A DNA stretch of 64,000 nucleotides, taken from assembly GCF_018350175.1 (NCBI RefSeq), contig NC_058368.1:185506001-185570000 (forward strand), in the 5' to 3' direction. The notes under the pieces are model-generated. The model did not search any database. It saw nothing but the letters and a program-made list of their open reading frames with translations, and was not told where the DNA came from. This document shows, one piece after another, positions 1 through 12,770 of the stretch; within the stretch, counting starts at the first letter, position 1; every line of letters starts with the position of its first letter. This stretch comes from Felis catus. Its lineage: Eukaryota. Position numbers and translations under genes: made by a program.

Positions 1-24
1 CAAAAATAGTCCTCTAAACAAACT

Positions 25-535
25 TGGATTCTGTGTTGCAATAATTGAAAGCACAATTTAGAATAATTTAAAAATTAAAAGGACTTTATTGTCTGCCATA
101 ATCTGAAAGTCTAGGAGCAAATGTGTCCTTCGAGTTGGATTGTAGCATAAGCTCTGGGATGTCACCCAGGACTGAGTTGTCAGCCACATCTTAAATCTGT
201 CTCTGTCATGATAGAAAAATGAATATAGTAGTCCTACTTATCAAACAAAACACATCATGCCATCCCCAAAGAGAGGGAGAATGGCTTCTGTCTATAGCTT
301 TTTTCAAAAGATCAAGGAAAGAAATTTCTCCATATCCCCAAGAAGAACCTACTCTTGCTTCTTTGGTCCCAGCTGAGTCACACACCTATTTCTTGCCCTG
401 TCCCAATTATAAGAAACTGTCATGTGCTGACTGGTTTAGTTTTAGATTAGTTGAACCAATAGAATCTAGAAATCGTGGATGGGAGCTCGTCTCTATGAGC
501 CACGTGGCTCTTATACAATGGATGTTGGAGTAACC
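25..535 (-). mobile_element. Ancient MaLR LTR fragment (MLT1J/K/L-like)
   Basis: Motif order ggattctgtgttgcaa...ggactttattgtctgccataatctgaaagtctagg...agctgagtcacacacctat...gctgactggtttag resembles reverse-strand old MLT1 LTRs. Heavily diverged. Confidence 0.5.
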
Positions 536-699
536 ATTTTAATTCCCATTATAATCTTCATCTGGAAATCTAAGACTCCTTCCTTTACTCCTAAAACAAG
601 ATTAGCTTCCATAGTATTTTGTACATGTCTCATCATAGCAATTATTATACTTTATAGACTTGTTTGTTTTGTTTTCTATTTCTTCTACTGAATTTTTCT

Positions 700-860
700 C
701 CAAAATGTTATCGTGAAAAATTTCAAACACAGAATGATTGAACAAATTGTACATTTAGAATCTATATTTACCTAACACCTAGATCTCTGCAAGATTAACA
801 TTTTTCTATATTTGAATTCTCATATCCATCTACATATTTATTCCTCAGTCTATGCATTAT
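700..860 (-). mobile_element. Old L1M (L1ME-like) 3' end fragment
   Basis: tatcgtgaaaaatttcaaacac...cacctagat...attaacattttt resembles the reverse strand of old L1ME 3' ends. A similar motif is at 5600-5720. Confidence 0.45.
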
Positions 861-1134
861 CCAGTTTACTCTCTTCTGTTGGCTTTTAATGTCCTTGAAG
901 GAAAGAGAACTTCTGTCTCATTCAATATCATATTCTCTACATGTTAGCACATAGAACAGTATCTGAAACATCTCAATAAAAACTGAGGAAGGAAAAATGG
1001 AGGGAGGAAAGAAAGAAGAAGAAAAGGAGGAGAAATAAGGAGGCAGAAAGGAAGGGTACCTTGTGTGGGAAGAGAACTTATTTTTAGCTTAGCTGCAACA
1101 ACATAATTATAGGACTTGGTTCAAGAAGTCATGA

Positions 1135-1281
1135 AGCATAGGGAATATAGTAGGTGGCACTGAAATAACATTGTATGGTGACAGATGGTCACTACACTTG
1201 TGGTGAACATATCATAAGGGATAGAATTGTTGAATCACTATGTTGTACATTGTGTGTCAAATGTATTTCAGTTAAAAACAG
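1135..1281 (+). mobile_element. Short 5'-truncated LINE-1 3' end (carnivore/L1MA-type)
   Basis: gggaatatag...ttgtatggtgacagatgg...tacacttgtggtga...ttgaatcactatgttgtaca...tgtgtgtcaa followed by an A-rich tail. Degenerate TSD aagaagtcatgaagca (~1123) / aagagttcatgaggca (~1283). Confidence 0.75.
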
Positions 1282-2334
1282 AAAGAGTTCATGAGGCAAT
1301 ACTGAATGCCAAAGTCAACATAAAGTTTAAGCCACGTCTTTGGAAATGAGTGAAAAACTAGGGATGTTAATATTTTATCAGTCATTGTGTACATGATCAG
1401 AATTATATATATGGCATGGATTGTTGGCCTATGACCATTGAATGTACTTAAAATTATTCATGTCTCTTTTCTTTCAGTGAGGCATCATTCACATCATAGT
1501 TCATGAAATCATTTTGGTGGAATTAAACTTGAAATATTTATAATTGAGTAATTATGATCATTTTTATTACCTTTGCTCATTAATGCCAATTGATGAGCAT
1601 GGCACCTTATGCAGTCAGCTGCACAGGAAACATGAGAAGGACAATGGCTAATGTATGGCAGTAAATTCAAGAATCTTTCTTGGTGGCTTCATCTAAAGTC
1701 TCCGTGAACAAGCAGTATGTACTGGTCAGTGGGATCACATTTGGCCTTCAGTTCCCCAGACTATAGGCAAAGGATAAGAGATAATTTGAAGATAAAGGGC
1801 ATTGTCAGTTCAAATACTGCTAAGGCACACATGGAGATGTGAGAGTGTCCGCTGGACAGTGGACAGAGGCCACATCTGGCAGAGCAGGGGAATGAACACC
1901 CTATAGAATTTATAGGGGACAACCATAGAAACCTATTAAAAATATGGTAGGAACCATTCATTGGGAAACATCTATAATCACTTTCGGAGTTTGGGTCTGG
2001 GACATATGCCTCTAGAGGTTCAGAGATGACATGATTCCTGACACACAGAAGGTAGATGTGCTGAATTCTTTCTTTTCTTGTGCATCAAATGAATGGTTAA
2101 CTTCAGAAGGCATGAGCAATACAAGTAATATGCATTTTTTGATATTCAAAAATGTATCTTTAGGATGGTAAAAACTAACACATGTTAATGATGTAAAGTC
2201 ACCATTCTGTTGTAAAATAGATTTTAGTGATTAAACTAATCCAACAATACAGCTTTGGTGTTTATATTTTCCATGTCTTCCAGTTGGTTCCACATAAATA
2301 TTCTTTTATGTTGTCAATACAGCTGACTAGTACA

Positions 2335-2450
2335 AGAACATATTATTCCCATTTTATAGATGTGATCATTGACAACCAGAGAGGAAAAAGTCATTGTGAT
2401 TTAGAACCATGTTTACTGACTCTTAATTCCAGCTTTCTGCATTGTCATTT
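2335..2450 (-). mobile_element. MIR SINE fragment
   Basis: MIR core on the reverse strand: tattattcccattttatagatg...cagagagg...atttagaacc. Confidence 0.6.
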
Positions 2451-2789
2451 GTCTGACAATTATCTCCTTGCTTTGTAAGGGAGCTCTGTCTGTTTAGTCA
2501 ATAATGCTATACTTTCACAATTAAAAATAATGTATAGAATTTATGGAGTTAACTGCAGAATAAGTGGATATATTTATTGGTTTTAGCTATATTACATTGG
2601 TTTTATATAGTGATTTGAGGGATTTGTCTAGAAATCCATTTCATACAATTTCCATTATTTGTTTCCCTAATTGCCTTCTAATGCAGAGAGAAATGCTATA
2701 TAAAGACTATTTTTAATCAGGCATAAGCAATCCTCTCAATTTTGCATTCATGTCACACCTCAGTGAATATTTCTCTCCTTCAGGTCAAA

Positions 2790-3363
2790 ATATATTAGCA
2801 GGACTGTTTTCAAGTACCTGTTTTACAGGTAAAAATACAGCTCATACAGATTGCACAAAATAAGGAATTTATAGGCTCAGGAAACAAAATTCTGCCTGGA
2901 AATTTCTAAGCTTCTGGCAAAGCTGGATCCAGATGTTAAAAAAATGTCTTCAGTAATTTTTCTCTTCCTTTTCTTGGATCTGCTTTCCTAGAAGTTGTCT
3001 TGGCTCTGAAAGGCTGTCTTCAAGGTAGGAGAAGGACCATCAGAAGATCCAGACTCACATCTTGGCAGCCTAGTGGCTCTCATTGAAAGATACTTTCTTT
3101 TCCCATTTAACAACAACAGCAACAACAACAGAGTCCTAGGTTTGAGTTTATTGGCCTCCGTGAGGTCATTTGGCCATATCTAAACCATGATATGTAGCTC
3201 TGACTGGCCGTATGCTAACCTTTCAATCCCTAGGCTAACCTCAGACTCCTTTAATCATATTGTCTAAGCATGCGGTGGGGTTTCACACCAGAAGAAAATC
3301 AAGCTACTGTTTAGCAGAAGAGTAAAACAAATACTGTGCAGATCCAAGCAATGATGTCACTAC
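2790..3363 (-). mobile_element. Ancient MaLR LTR (MLT1K-like)
   Basis: aaggaatttataggctca...ggcaaagctggatccagatg...tctgctttcc...agctctgactggcc...gaaaatcaagctactgtt...gatgtcactac follows the old MLT1 motif order. Confidence 0.6.
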
Positions 3364-3964
3364 TTCAAGTTTAAGTAAAGTGATGGGTTGTTTATAGTGG
3401 AAAGAGGCAAAATAAAAGTAATTTTATAAGATATACTTCTTTGAGAAACGTAAGTTGATAATACTTACAGGATATTAATCAGTTATTTATACTTGATATA
3501 CTGAAATATCAAACATTTATTAACAATACTGAGTTTTCCAAAGCTCAGTCTTCCTTTAAAGTTTGTAAATAAAGAATAAATATTAATAAACTAGTTAATT
3601 AGCATTGTGTCCTTACTTTTATCAGCAAAACAAATTATAAATGTGAAGTGAAATTTATTACATTTCTGCTGGTCACACATTTTTATACTTCATATTCAGA
3701 AGATATACATTCCTTGACTAAATATATACTCTGTAAAGTTCTGGAAGCTTTTTTTTTTTAATTTCAATTTTCACTTTCACCATGCTGAAAAGAGAATTCA
3801 GAAAGGACATGTCTACAAGAGTTTACACCTTGATATTCTATATTCACAGACTAGAACTGTTATGCAAACAAAGAATTCTGGGTGAAAATTAGTTTCCTGC
3901 AATTGAGTCAGGGCGCTGGGTTACAATGAGGAGTAGTTGAACAGGCCATCACATGCAGTGCTTC

Positions 3965-4170
3965 CGTATAAATAAAACTGGGTTGAGTCATAGTTTCATC
4001 ATTTACCAGCTGTGTGACCTTGAACAGTTGACCTCACCAATCCTCAGTTTCCTCATTTTTGAAATTAGCAATCAGATGATCTCCTTCAAAAGATTGGCAA
4101 GATTATGTGAGATTAATCAGTTGAAACATTTATTGTAGTTCCCGGTGCAAAACAAGCATTCAGTTACTCA
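3965..4170 (+). mobile_element. MIR SINE
   Basis: ctgggttgagtc...atttaccagctgtgtgaccttgaacag...cctcagtttcctcattt...gattatgtgagattaat is the canonical MIR core. Confidence 0.75.
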
Positions 4171-5739
4171 TTCTTAATAATTGAAAGACACTAGGTAATG
4201 ATTTTTTACCCATAGTGATTCAGGTCATAACCTTTGCCAGCTGGCTCTTTGAAACTGTTTTATTTGCTCTGTTGGTAGACTATCTTTTCCTTACTAAAGA
4301 CATTTGGAAATACACCACTCATTCCTAATATGAGTGAATTAGATTTTCACCAGCTTCTGTGTGCACATGACTGTAATTAACAAATAAAATGAACACAGAC
4401 CATTTAAAGTTCATTAAAGTATGGGAGAAAAATTCCATTTGATCCCAAGTAAAATTCTCTGCATGTTTACTCACTTAGGTGAAGACATTTGGAGAGAAGT
4501 ACTTTACTCTTTAATGTGTTAGCAGATCACGAATGAAACTGCTTGTAACCTTCTGCTGCCCTGGTTATGAAGCTCAGTTAACATTAATTGAAATATCTGA
4601 GTGCTTGGTGTCACAACCTGTGAGCCAGGCACAGAAATCTTCTGTATATCTTATTATTTGTTTTTCCCAGTATGAATATTAGAACACTCAGGTTTGCATT
4701 TATTGCTTGTTCTGTTTGGATCATCATTGTAGTAAACGGCTTCTCTAAAATGTGCTTAAGAGAAACCTACGAAGGAGTTAATATCCTTATCTCTGTACCA
4801 AGGAGATATGGGGAAATCAGTCTGCAGTGATGGTCTAAAACCAGGCAACCTTAATTCTATCAGCAGTCTTCAAAGGTTTGACTTTGTAAGATTGAGTGGA
4901 ATCCCATGATATTTTGAGAAAAAAGAGAAAGAAGCCTGTCCTCATTCTCTGGGCATGGTGTAAAGAGGGATTTGCTAATGACTGCAAAGTGTTTGGAACA
5001 ATAGGATGGCAGTTGTGGATCTTGTGAGATGATGGCTTAAAAAGCCCACAGGGCCTTTTTTTGGGAAGTACTTGGCTGAACTCAGTCACTCATTCTGTTT
5101 GCCTTTATTAGTTTTTAACACGTATAAAAAAAGAGAAATGGAGGATTATTGCATCTGACCAAAATCTTTGTTGTAAACTCAAATGTACAAACCTGTTTTG
5201 AGGGCCTAGGCACTTAGTTAAATGAAATCAAATTATTTAGAAAAATGACTGCTACCTTTTATGTCATTTGTTTATTCTTTGATTAAAAATCACATACACA
5301 CAAACACATTTATGACTGTTTGATGAGCTTATCTCTGTTCTAGTACCTAGGCGGAAGAAAAAGAGCACTTCTGCCTCAGAACTATACCCAATATTCTAGA
5401 AGATTATGTAGATTCAATCATTTCTCAACAGTAAAACATTAATATATTAACATCATTTTAAAAACTTCCCCTTCAATCCAAAGGCTAGATTGTAACTAAC
5501 TCTATTAATTCATAGGCTACAAGAGGTAGTAAAACTTTGATTAAGTCCAAAATGTTCTATAGCTTTATTTTTTATAGTGGTATCCATTTTTTGCCAACTT
5601 TAAGAAAATGTTCAAATATAGGGAAAACGTCATAATTTTATAGTGAACACATTTATAGCACCTAGATTCTACCATTAAAAAATTTAACTATACTTCTTTT
5701 ATGACCAGTCTATCATTCTGTAAAGAAACATCCATTTTA

Positions 5740-5939
5740 TTTTTTTAAATGTTTATATATTTTGAGAGAGGGAGAATACAAGCCAGAACAGAGAGAGAGG
5801 GAGGGAGAAAAGATCAATCAGGCTCTGTGCTGTCAGCACAGAGCCTCACGTGAGGTTCTTTCTCATGAGCAGTGAGATTATGACCTGTACCGAAACCAAC
5901 AGTTGGGTGCTTAACCAACTGAGCCACTTAGGCACCCTG
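5740..5939 (-). mobile_element. Carnivore tRNA-derived SINE (SINEC) inserted in an old L1 fragment
   Basis: T-rich tail, (GA)n linker and tRNA-like head (cttaaccaactgagccacttaggcaccc). Perfect 16-bp TSD agaaacatccatttta at 5724-5739 and 5940-5955. Confidence 0.93.
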
Positions 5940-6278
5940 AGAAACATCCATTTTAAAATGCAATCTTACATGGAACCCCAATATTTCCTAAAACTCAGCG
6001 CTTCCCTGGTCATAATAGAGCTCAACATCTAGAGGTCTGCTTCCTCTGGTTAGCTCTTCCCTAAGGGGATCCTTGTTTTAGTTCTATTGCACACAATTTG
6101 ACAACTAATGGTCCACTCAAACCTCCTTATTTTGCAGGTAAAAAAAAAATCACAAAACATCTGAGATGAAGCCACAACTATAAGGCTGCCTTCTAAGCTG
6201 CTGCCAAAAGTGGAACTAGAATTTATTTTCCTTTCCTTGCTGCAGATATAATTTTTTTAATTAAATAAAAATCACATC

Positions 6279-6468
6279 AGGGCACCTGGGTGTCTCAGTC
6301 AGTTAAGGGTCGGATTTCTGCTCAGGTCATGATCTTGTAGTTCGTGGGTTGGAACTCCACGTCAGACTCTATGCAGACAGCTCAGAGCCTGGAGCCTACT
6401 TCAGATTCTGTGTCTCCCTCTCTCTCTGCTCTCACTTACTCTCTCTCTCTCTCTTTCTGTTTCTCTCC

Positions 6469-6511
<43 letters not shown>

Positions 6512-6536
6512 AAAAATAAATAAACATTAAAAAAAA
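6279..6536 (+). mobile_element. Carnivore SINE (feliform SINEC)
   Basis: gggcacctgggtgtctcagtcagttaag head, ctcagagcctggagcct segment, expanded (CT)n and aaaaataaataaacattaaaaaaaa tail. Confidence 0.93.
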
Positions 6537-7224
6537 GCCACATAATTTTGTTTAAACAGATGTCAGGATAGCCTCATCAGGCTATATATTTTGTATTCTG
6601 GAAGAATGACAACATGTGTGGCGCTGGTTGGAATGAGTGGGAAAGCTGAGCTCATGTGATGCAGTCAGAGTAGCTATTGTTGGGGTATAGGTCAGAGTTA
6701 GATTTAGGCCATAAGGGTGTTAGTAATGCTGAGGGTCAACAGAAAAGTAAGTCTTACATAGACCTAGGTCACTATACAAATTCTATTGAGAAACATCCCT
6801 TTCCTTGCTGTTAGAGTCATTGATTTACTTATGCATTCATTCTGAGAGTTCCTCTTTGATATTCTTATTTCCTTCTGTCAGTTACATAGCATTTTTTTTT
6901 TTTCGTTTAATACAGGACCTGAGTATTTGTAGTTTTCTCTACTGGTGTGTTTTGCCTCCAGCTTTTTCAAAGGATAGTTTCTGCTTAGCCTATAGGCATC
7001 AAGTTAAATATCATGTACTCAGAAATGTTTTCCCTTATCCTTCCTAAGACTCTTACACAGTCACTATAATATACATCATTGTATGTATTTCCTCCACAGC
7101 ATTTATTGTCATCTGTAACTATCTGGCTTTTGTTTTGGCTATTTGCTTATTTTCTGTTTAATATACATGAGCTGCATGAGGGCAGGGTCAGAAAAAAGCC
7201 TGGGTTACAGTAAATGTGCAGTCA

Positions 7225-9950
7225 TTCATTTATTTGAATATATTTGAGTATCTGCTATGTGGCAAGCATGGTACAATGCTACAATGGAAATGCTACAATG
7301 GAAAAAACAAAGTCTTTGCTCTGTAAATGTTACATTTTCATGTGGGAAGACAAATAATACACAGTAATGAGTAGATAAATATAATGATAAGCAAAATACA
7401 ATAAAATAAAGCATAGGAAGAGAACAGAGTAATGGGAAGTGCTCTTCTAGATATGGTGGACAGATAAAGTGTCTCTGGGGAGATGATGTTGCAAAAGAGT
7501 TATGAAATAAGTGAGGGAGCAAGTCCTAGAGACATATGGTAGAAGGGCCTTACAGGCAAAATAGCATGTGCAAAATCTCCTAAGCAGTTTTGGTTTTGAC
7601 ACGTACAAATAACAGAAAAATGTTCATTAAGCTTGGAGTAAAGAGGTTACAAAATAGAATCATAGGAGAGGACATATTTGAGGACTCACTAAACCTTTAT
7701 ATTATATTTATAAAGAGATTTTGACTTCTTTTTAGGATGAGAGTTCTGAAGAGAGTAATGGTTGATTTGACACATACTGCATGAGAATCATGCTGGCTAA
7801 TGTATGGAGAGTAGAATGACACTAGGAACAGAAGAGTAGAACAAGGCCTAGTTGGGAGGCCAGTGTGGTGGCCCAGGTGAGAGATGATGATGCCATGGAT
7901 TGGGGTGGTGAAATCTGTGAGAGGGGCCAAGATTGGGAATATTCTGAAGAAAGTAACAGCAAGATTTGCTTGTGGGATTGTGTATAAGAGAAAACAAGAG
8001 ATAAAAAAGTGAATGCCAGGGGCGCCTGGGTGGCGCAGTCGGTTAAGCGTCTGACTTCAGCCAGGTCACGATCTCGCGGTCCGGGAGTTCGAGCCCCGCG
8101 TCCGGCTCTGGGCTGATGATGGCTCAGAGCCTGGAGCCTGTTTCCGATTCTGTGTCTCCCTCTCTCTCTGCCCCTCCCCCGTTCATGCTCTGTCTCTCTC
8201 TGTCCCAAAAATAAATAAATGTTGAAAAAAAAATAAAAAAAAAAGTGGATGCCAGATTTTTATCTTGAGAACTGGTAGAATGTAGTTGTCATTTGTTGAG
8301 ATAGGGAAGATTGAGAGAAGAGCAGGGGAGAAGCATCAAAGGTATAGTTTTAGACATGTTAAATTTGAGGTTCCTATTGTGGATCCAAGAGAATAAATTA
8401 AGGACACAGATGGATATGAGAGTTTTAAGTTCAGAAGAAAGCCAAGGTGAAAGAAATTGAAATGTTAGTCGTCAGTATAAATAATGCATATAAACAGTGA
8501 GATAGACTAAGTTCATGTAGAGATTGAGTGTAGATAGGTGAAAGAAGCTATCCATAGATGATAGAGACCCTTGTGATGCTATCATTTAGAGATTCAGCAA
8601 AGAAGATACTGAAGTAGGAAGTAGGAGTGAAATAGGTAAAAAGAAAGAATATGCTATCATATAAATCAAATGACATGATTTCTAGAAGAAAGAGTGATCA
8701 TCTACAGAAAAATACTAGCTAATAGGTAGAATAATATAAGACTTAAAAATTTATTTCTTCAGGTGAAAGTCATTACTGACCTCAACAAGAGTGGATTTGA
8801 TGATTAGAGTAGTTTGGAAAAAGAATGGAAAGATAATACATGGAGAAAATGTTATAATGTATAAAGAGGCAAATAAACAGGGTGCTGAGAGGATGTAAAA
8901 TCAAGAGATTATTGTTAAATGTAGAATTATCATAAAAGTTTTGCTTGATAATGGAAATGATACAGTGAAAGAGATATTGAGAAAGAGGAGACAAGGACAG
9001 GAATAATATTCTAGAGTGAGTGGGAAGGAATGGTACAAACAAGTGGAGAGAGAACAATTCATTATTGCAGGAGGGAGCAGAGTGGGACAGGATACTTTAG
9101 TATTTTTGTAAGGGAGAAATTCAAACAGTGGATTGGAATCTAAAATGGTTAGGGAGGGAAGTGAGCATACAATGGAGAATGTTCAGCAGATCAGAACTGT
9201 TTGCAGATGAGGGATTATTTGGGAGAAATGAGATTTCAGAAGGGTGGTAAGAAAACAAAAAGACTTCAGAGAGGTAGAGCTATTGGTAATGGAAGGGTAT
9301 AGAATATAGCTTATTTTTCAACTCTAATTTACTGTTAGAATCACTCAGGAAATTTGTTTGTTTGTCTACCCATTTATGTATTCTATCTTTCTTGTGTTCC
9401 TTCCTTTCTTTATTATAAGAAACATTGTTTCCGGGCCCAGTTCCATGTAATGATGACATTAATTGGTCTAGGCTTTGGAAACAGAACACTGAAATTTACA
9501 ATGGCTCTGGGGTACTGGTGATAATGGAGAACCATTGATCTGCAACCTTAACTGTACATTGGAGTCATCTGAAGTGAGAATATTGAGGTATTATGTTGCA
9601 TTGTCTCTTTGACTTTTGAAATCATAAATAAAAGTGATAGGAAGAGAAAGTGTAAGGAAGTATTTGAGCAACGTGCTAAAATCTTGAAGAAATGAGATCA
9701 ATCTGTAGATGGCAGCAACAGGTTAGGGAAGCATATGGTGCAGTCTGATGCTAAGATCTGGGGGGTTTCATGAGAGAGAAGGGGTGAGTGTTTGAATGCA
9801 GCAATCTGAGGCAAGATGATCTGTTACTCCACTTCCAGATCTAGGATATGGCAGTTCAAACAATAGCCAGTTGAGAGACTTTCAGGGAATCCCAAGGGAA
9901 AGCTAGATATTTCTTTGTGTAAGAAGGTGAAAAAAATGTTAAGAGAAGTG
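7225..9950 (-). mobile_element. LINE-2 remnant, interrupted by a SINE at 8019-8238
   Basis: Starts with the reverse L2 3' tail (ttcatttatttgaatatatttgagtatctgctatgtggcaagca). Continues as purine-rich L2 antisense sequence (ggaggccagtgtggtggcccaggtgagagatgatg; tagttttagacatgttaaatttgagg). The distal boundary is approximate. Confidence 0.7.
8019..8238 (+). mobile_element. Young felid SINE (SINEC_Fc type), CpG-intact
   Basis: ggggcgcctgggtggcgcagtcggttaagcg...ggagttcgagccc (A and B boxes intact). TSD aaaaaagtgaatgccag / aaaaaagtggatgccag. Confidence 0.96.
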
Positions 9951-10249
9951 CTTTAGCTTTCTTGGGATTTAACAACCAAACACTACAGTTCTCAATGAAT
10001 GTTGAGTGAACGAGTACTTTTTATTTAGATCAGTGTTTGTGTGCAACAGTGAACGCGTTATGCTGGATAAAAAATAATTATTTGAATATCTCTTTACCTT
10101 ATCTACTTAATCAGAATCTATATTGTGGAATATCAACAGAAATAATATTATTTGTTCTGAGTTCATGCTAAGGAGGTCATCTATTACTAATGGCAGGTTT
10201 ACATGAAGATGTTGTCTCTGTTATTTGAATATTATATGGATAAGTTTTT

Positions 10250-10936
10250 GAATATACAAAAGGCCAATGGCCAGAGTTATACACTTTGACAATATAACTG
10301 ACCCAGAAACTCTGCAGCAACTGTCCTGGGATGCCAAACCACATCTTCTGTAGCAATCAGCCCAAACTGGTCAGGACTTGGACAATCATTTTAACTTTCT
10401 GATATTTTGACCTTGCTTCCAGCTGAGAATCAGCCAGAGAAAGACAAATATGTTTCCCAAACCATTCACATGAGATGTTTGGCTTTTAAATATTAAAAAA
10501 AAATTAATGTTTATTTGTTTTTGAGAGAGAGAGAGAGAGAGAGACAGAGTGCAAGTGGGGGAGGGGCAGAGAAAGAGGGAGACACAGAATCCAAAGCAGG
10601 CTTCAGGCTCTGAGCTGTCAGCACAGAGCCCCACACAGGGCTTGAACTAACAAACCAGGACATCATGACCTGAGCCAAATTCGGATGCTTAACCGACTGG
10701 GCCACCCAGGCACCCTGAGGTACTTGGCTTTTAGCTGGCCTACCTCCAGCTACTCCATGCCAACAACTTCCAATCTGAGCATACCTGAAGTCCTCTTTTT
10801 TTTCAATATAAAGTTTTCTCATTCCCCTGCCTATCTTTGAGTCTTTTTTAAATACAACTGATTATGATTGAATTCCTTGCTCTTGCAAGCTCTGAATAGC
10901 CTCTGTTCTCATTTGAGTGGTCTTTCTTTCTTTTCA
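10250..10936 (+). mobile_element. ERV1-class solo LTR (MER90/MER110-like), split by a SINE
   Basis: ctgacccagaaactctgcagcaa...gccaaaccac...agcaatcagcccaaa...tcaggacttgg...agcatacctgaag...aatataaagttttc (TATA-like)...gcaagctctgaatagcc. Ends in CA. Confidence 0.7.
10489..10715 (-). mobile_element. Carnivore SINE nested in the LTR
   Basis: Full SINEC body. TSD tgagatgtttggctttta (10471-10488) / tgaggtacttggctttta (10716-10733). Confidence 0.93.
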
Positions 10937-11111
10937 TATGTGAATGGCTAATAAGAACATATATAGGGGTAATAACAATAGAGTCCATGGAGCCACTAAA
11001 ACATATAAAAATAGGTATTTTAATGAAATATTCTAATGGAGGCAGTTCATTTCATTTTATTGTTTAGAAATATTGATAGCTGTAATTTTAAAAAATTTTA
11101 AGGGATTTTTA

Positions 11112-11146
11112 AAATATTTATTGATTTTTGCGAGAGAGAGCAAGCA

Positions 11147-11191
<45 letters not shown>

Positions 11192-11351
11192 GTTGGAGGG
11201 GGCAGAGGTAGAGGGAGACAGAGAATCCAAAGCAGGCTCCAGGCTCAGAGATATCAGCACAGAGTTGCAGGAGGGCTCAAACCCACGAATGGTGAGATCA
11301 TGACCTGAGCTGAAGTCGGATGCTTAACCTACTGAGCCACCCAGATGCCCC
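11112..11351 (-). mobile_element. Carnivore SINE containing a (CA)21 microsatellite
   Basis: SINEC body with a (CA) run at 11149-11190. TSD taagggattttt / taagggatgttt. Confidence 0.92.
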
Positions 11352-11569
11352 TGTAAGGGATGTTTAAATAGATAAATATTAATAACATTCTTAATATGAA
11401 AATTTGCTCTGGAGATAAGCTTAGATGCTGCATTCAGTATTATTAACAATTTTAAATATTTTTTGCCTGATAGAAGACATAAATTCGGCTTATAGACAAG
11501 ATAATGTACATGAAAAATTTTAAATATGTTTAAAATCTATTAATCCTTCAAAAATATAATTGGCTGGTA

Positions 11570-11728
11570 TATCTCTTGATGCAAGGGACACAAAAGAGAA
11601 AATAAACTATTGGGACTACATAAAAATAAAAAGCTTCTGCACAGTGAAAGAAATAGTCAACAACACTGAACGACAACCACTGAATAGGAGAAGATATTAA
11701 AAAATGACATATCTAATAAAGGGTTAGT
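11570..11728 (+). mobile_element. Isolated internal LINE-1 ORF2 fragment
   Basis: gcaagggacacaaaagagaaaataaactattgggactacataaaaataaaaagcttctgcacagtgaaag...gacatatctaataaagggttag encodes the ORF2 '[14 protein letters not shown]' region. Confidence 0.85.
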
Positions 11729-12149
11729 TAAGCTTATTTCACTCATTCATTTAATAAAAGCTAATACATAGGCATAAAAACAAATATATTATCAGGCCAT
11801 GCTGCATAATGAATAATTATTATTCTGAAGATAGCAAAAAAATTTCCCGGTGTCTTTACATGAACATTTTCTCTCAGTGAAAACACACTCTCTGTCTTTA
11901 GCACTCCATTTCTTGACTGTCATATTTGCCACAGTTTTTCCTCCTCTGGTTCTGAAATGCTCTGTCAATCTTGGATTCCCAAAATAGGACATGTTCATCT
12001 AGATATGGAAAGGAGTATAGTAAGAAAGGGAAATGAAGCGCATTCTGAAATAAGAAAGGCAACACTGAAACATAAAATTATAGAAATATCTCACTTTTGA
12101 ATATGTATATGAATGTACCTGCTAAGTTAGTATAAGACATGATTCTGTT

Positions 12150-12770
12150 GACTTAGTTGGCTTTAACTCAGGAATGTAAGATTGGTTTCACATCTGTCTA
12201 GTGAATCATATCAATAAATAGAACAAAATTATCTTGGTTGTTGCTAATGATCATTAGAGAAAATTAAATATACATTCCTGAAGAAAAAACGTATTGAACT
12301 CACTCTATAAGGAATTTTTTAAGGGTTCTAAGTAGTTTCTTTTTTTTTTAAGTTTATTTTTGAGAGAGAGATAGAGCAGGGTAGTGGTAGAGAGAAAGAG
12401 AGGGAGAGAGAGGATCCCAAGCAGGCTCCATGCTATTAGCATGGAACCCAACTCGGGGCTCCATCTCAAACTCTGAGATCATGACCTGAATCGAGATCAA
12501 GAGTTGGTTGCTTAACTGACTGAACTACTCAGGTGCCCTATGAGTAGTTTCTAAATTAAATCAAATGAAAATATCAAATATAACAATGAAACACTAGAGA
12601 TGTTTCCACTAATATGAGAACTAAAATAAAGATCCCTGCTATTATCATGTTATATAACATTGATTTGAAAATGCTAACCTGTGTAATAATGAGACAAGGA
12701 TATTAAATAATAAGGAGGCATACTGTGAAGAAGTTAAAATATCATTATTCGTGATGATATAATTAGCTTC
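12150..12770 (+). mobile_element. Very old L1M ORF2 (RT region) remnant, split by a SINE
   Basis: ggaatgtaagattggtttcac...aaacactagagatgtttccact...gaagaagttaaaatatcattattcgtgatgatataatt (decayed '[13 protein letters not shown]'). Confidence 0.6.
12341..12538 (-). mobile_element. Carnivore SINE
   Basis: SINEC body. TSD agtagtttct at 12331-12340 and 12543-12552. Confidence 0.92.

Noticed and set aside
7275..7302. Perfect 14-bp tandem duplication (aatgctacaatgga)x2, and similar short duplications at 19143-19176 and 41325-41356
   Set aside because: Ordinary slippage duplications with no sign of function.
8019..8100. tRNA-like sequence with A and B boxes
   Set aside because: It is the tRNA-derived head of a SINE, continuing into the (CT)n linker and A tail.
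7822..8208. 128-aa ORF (MGQRETEHERGRG...) with a near-identical partner at 34243-34440
   Set aside because: Both are antisense read-throughs of SINEC_Fc copies. The similarity reflects the repeat, not paralogous genes.
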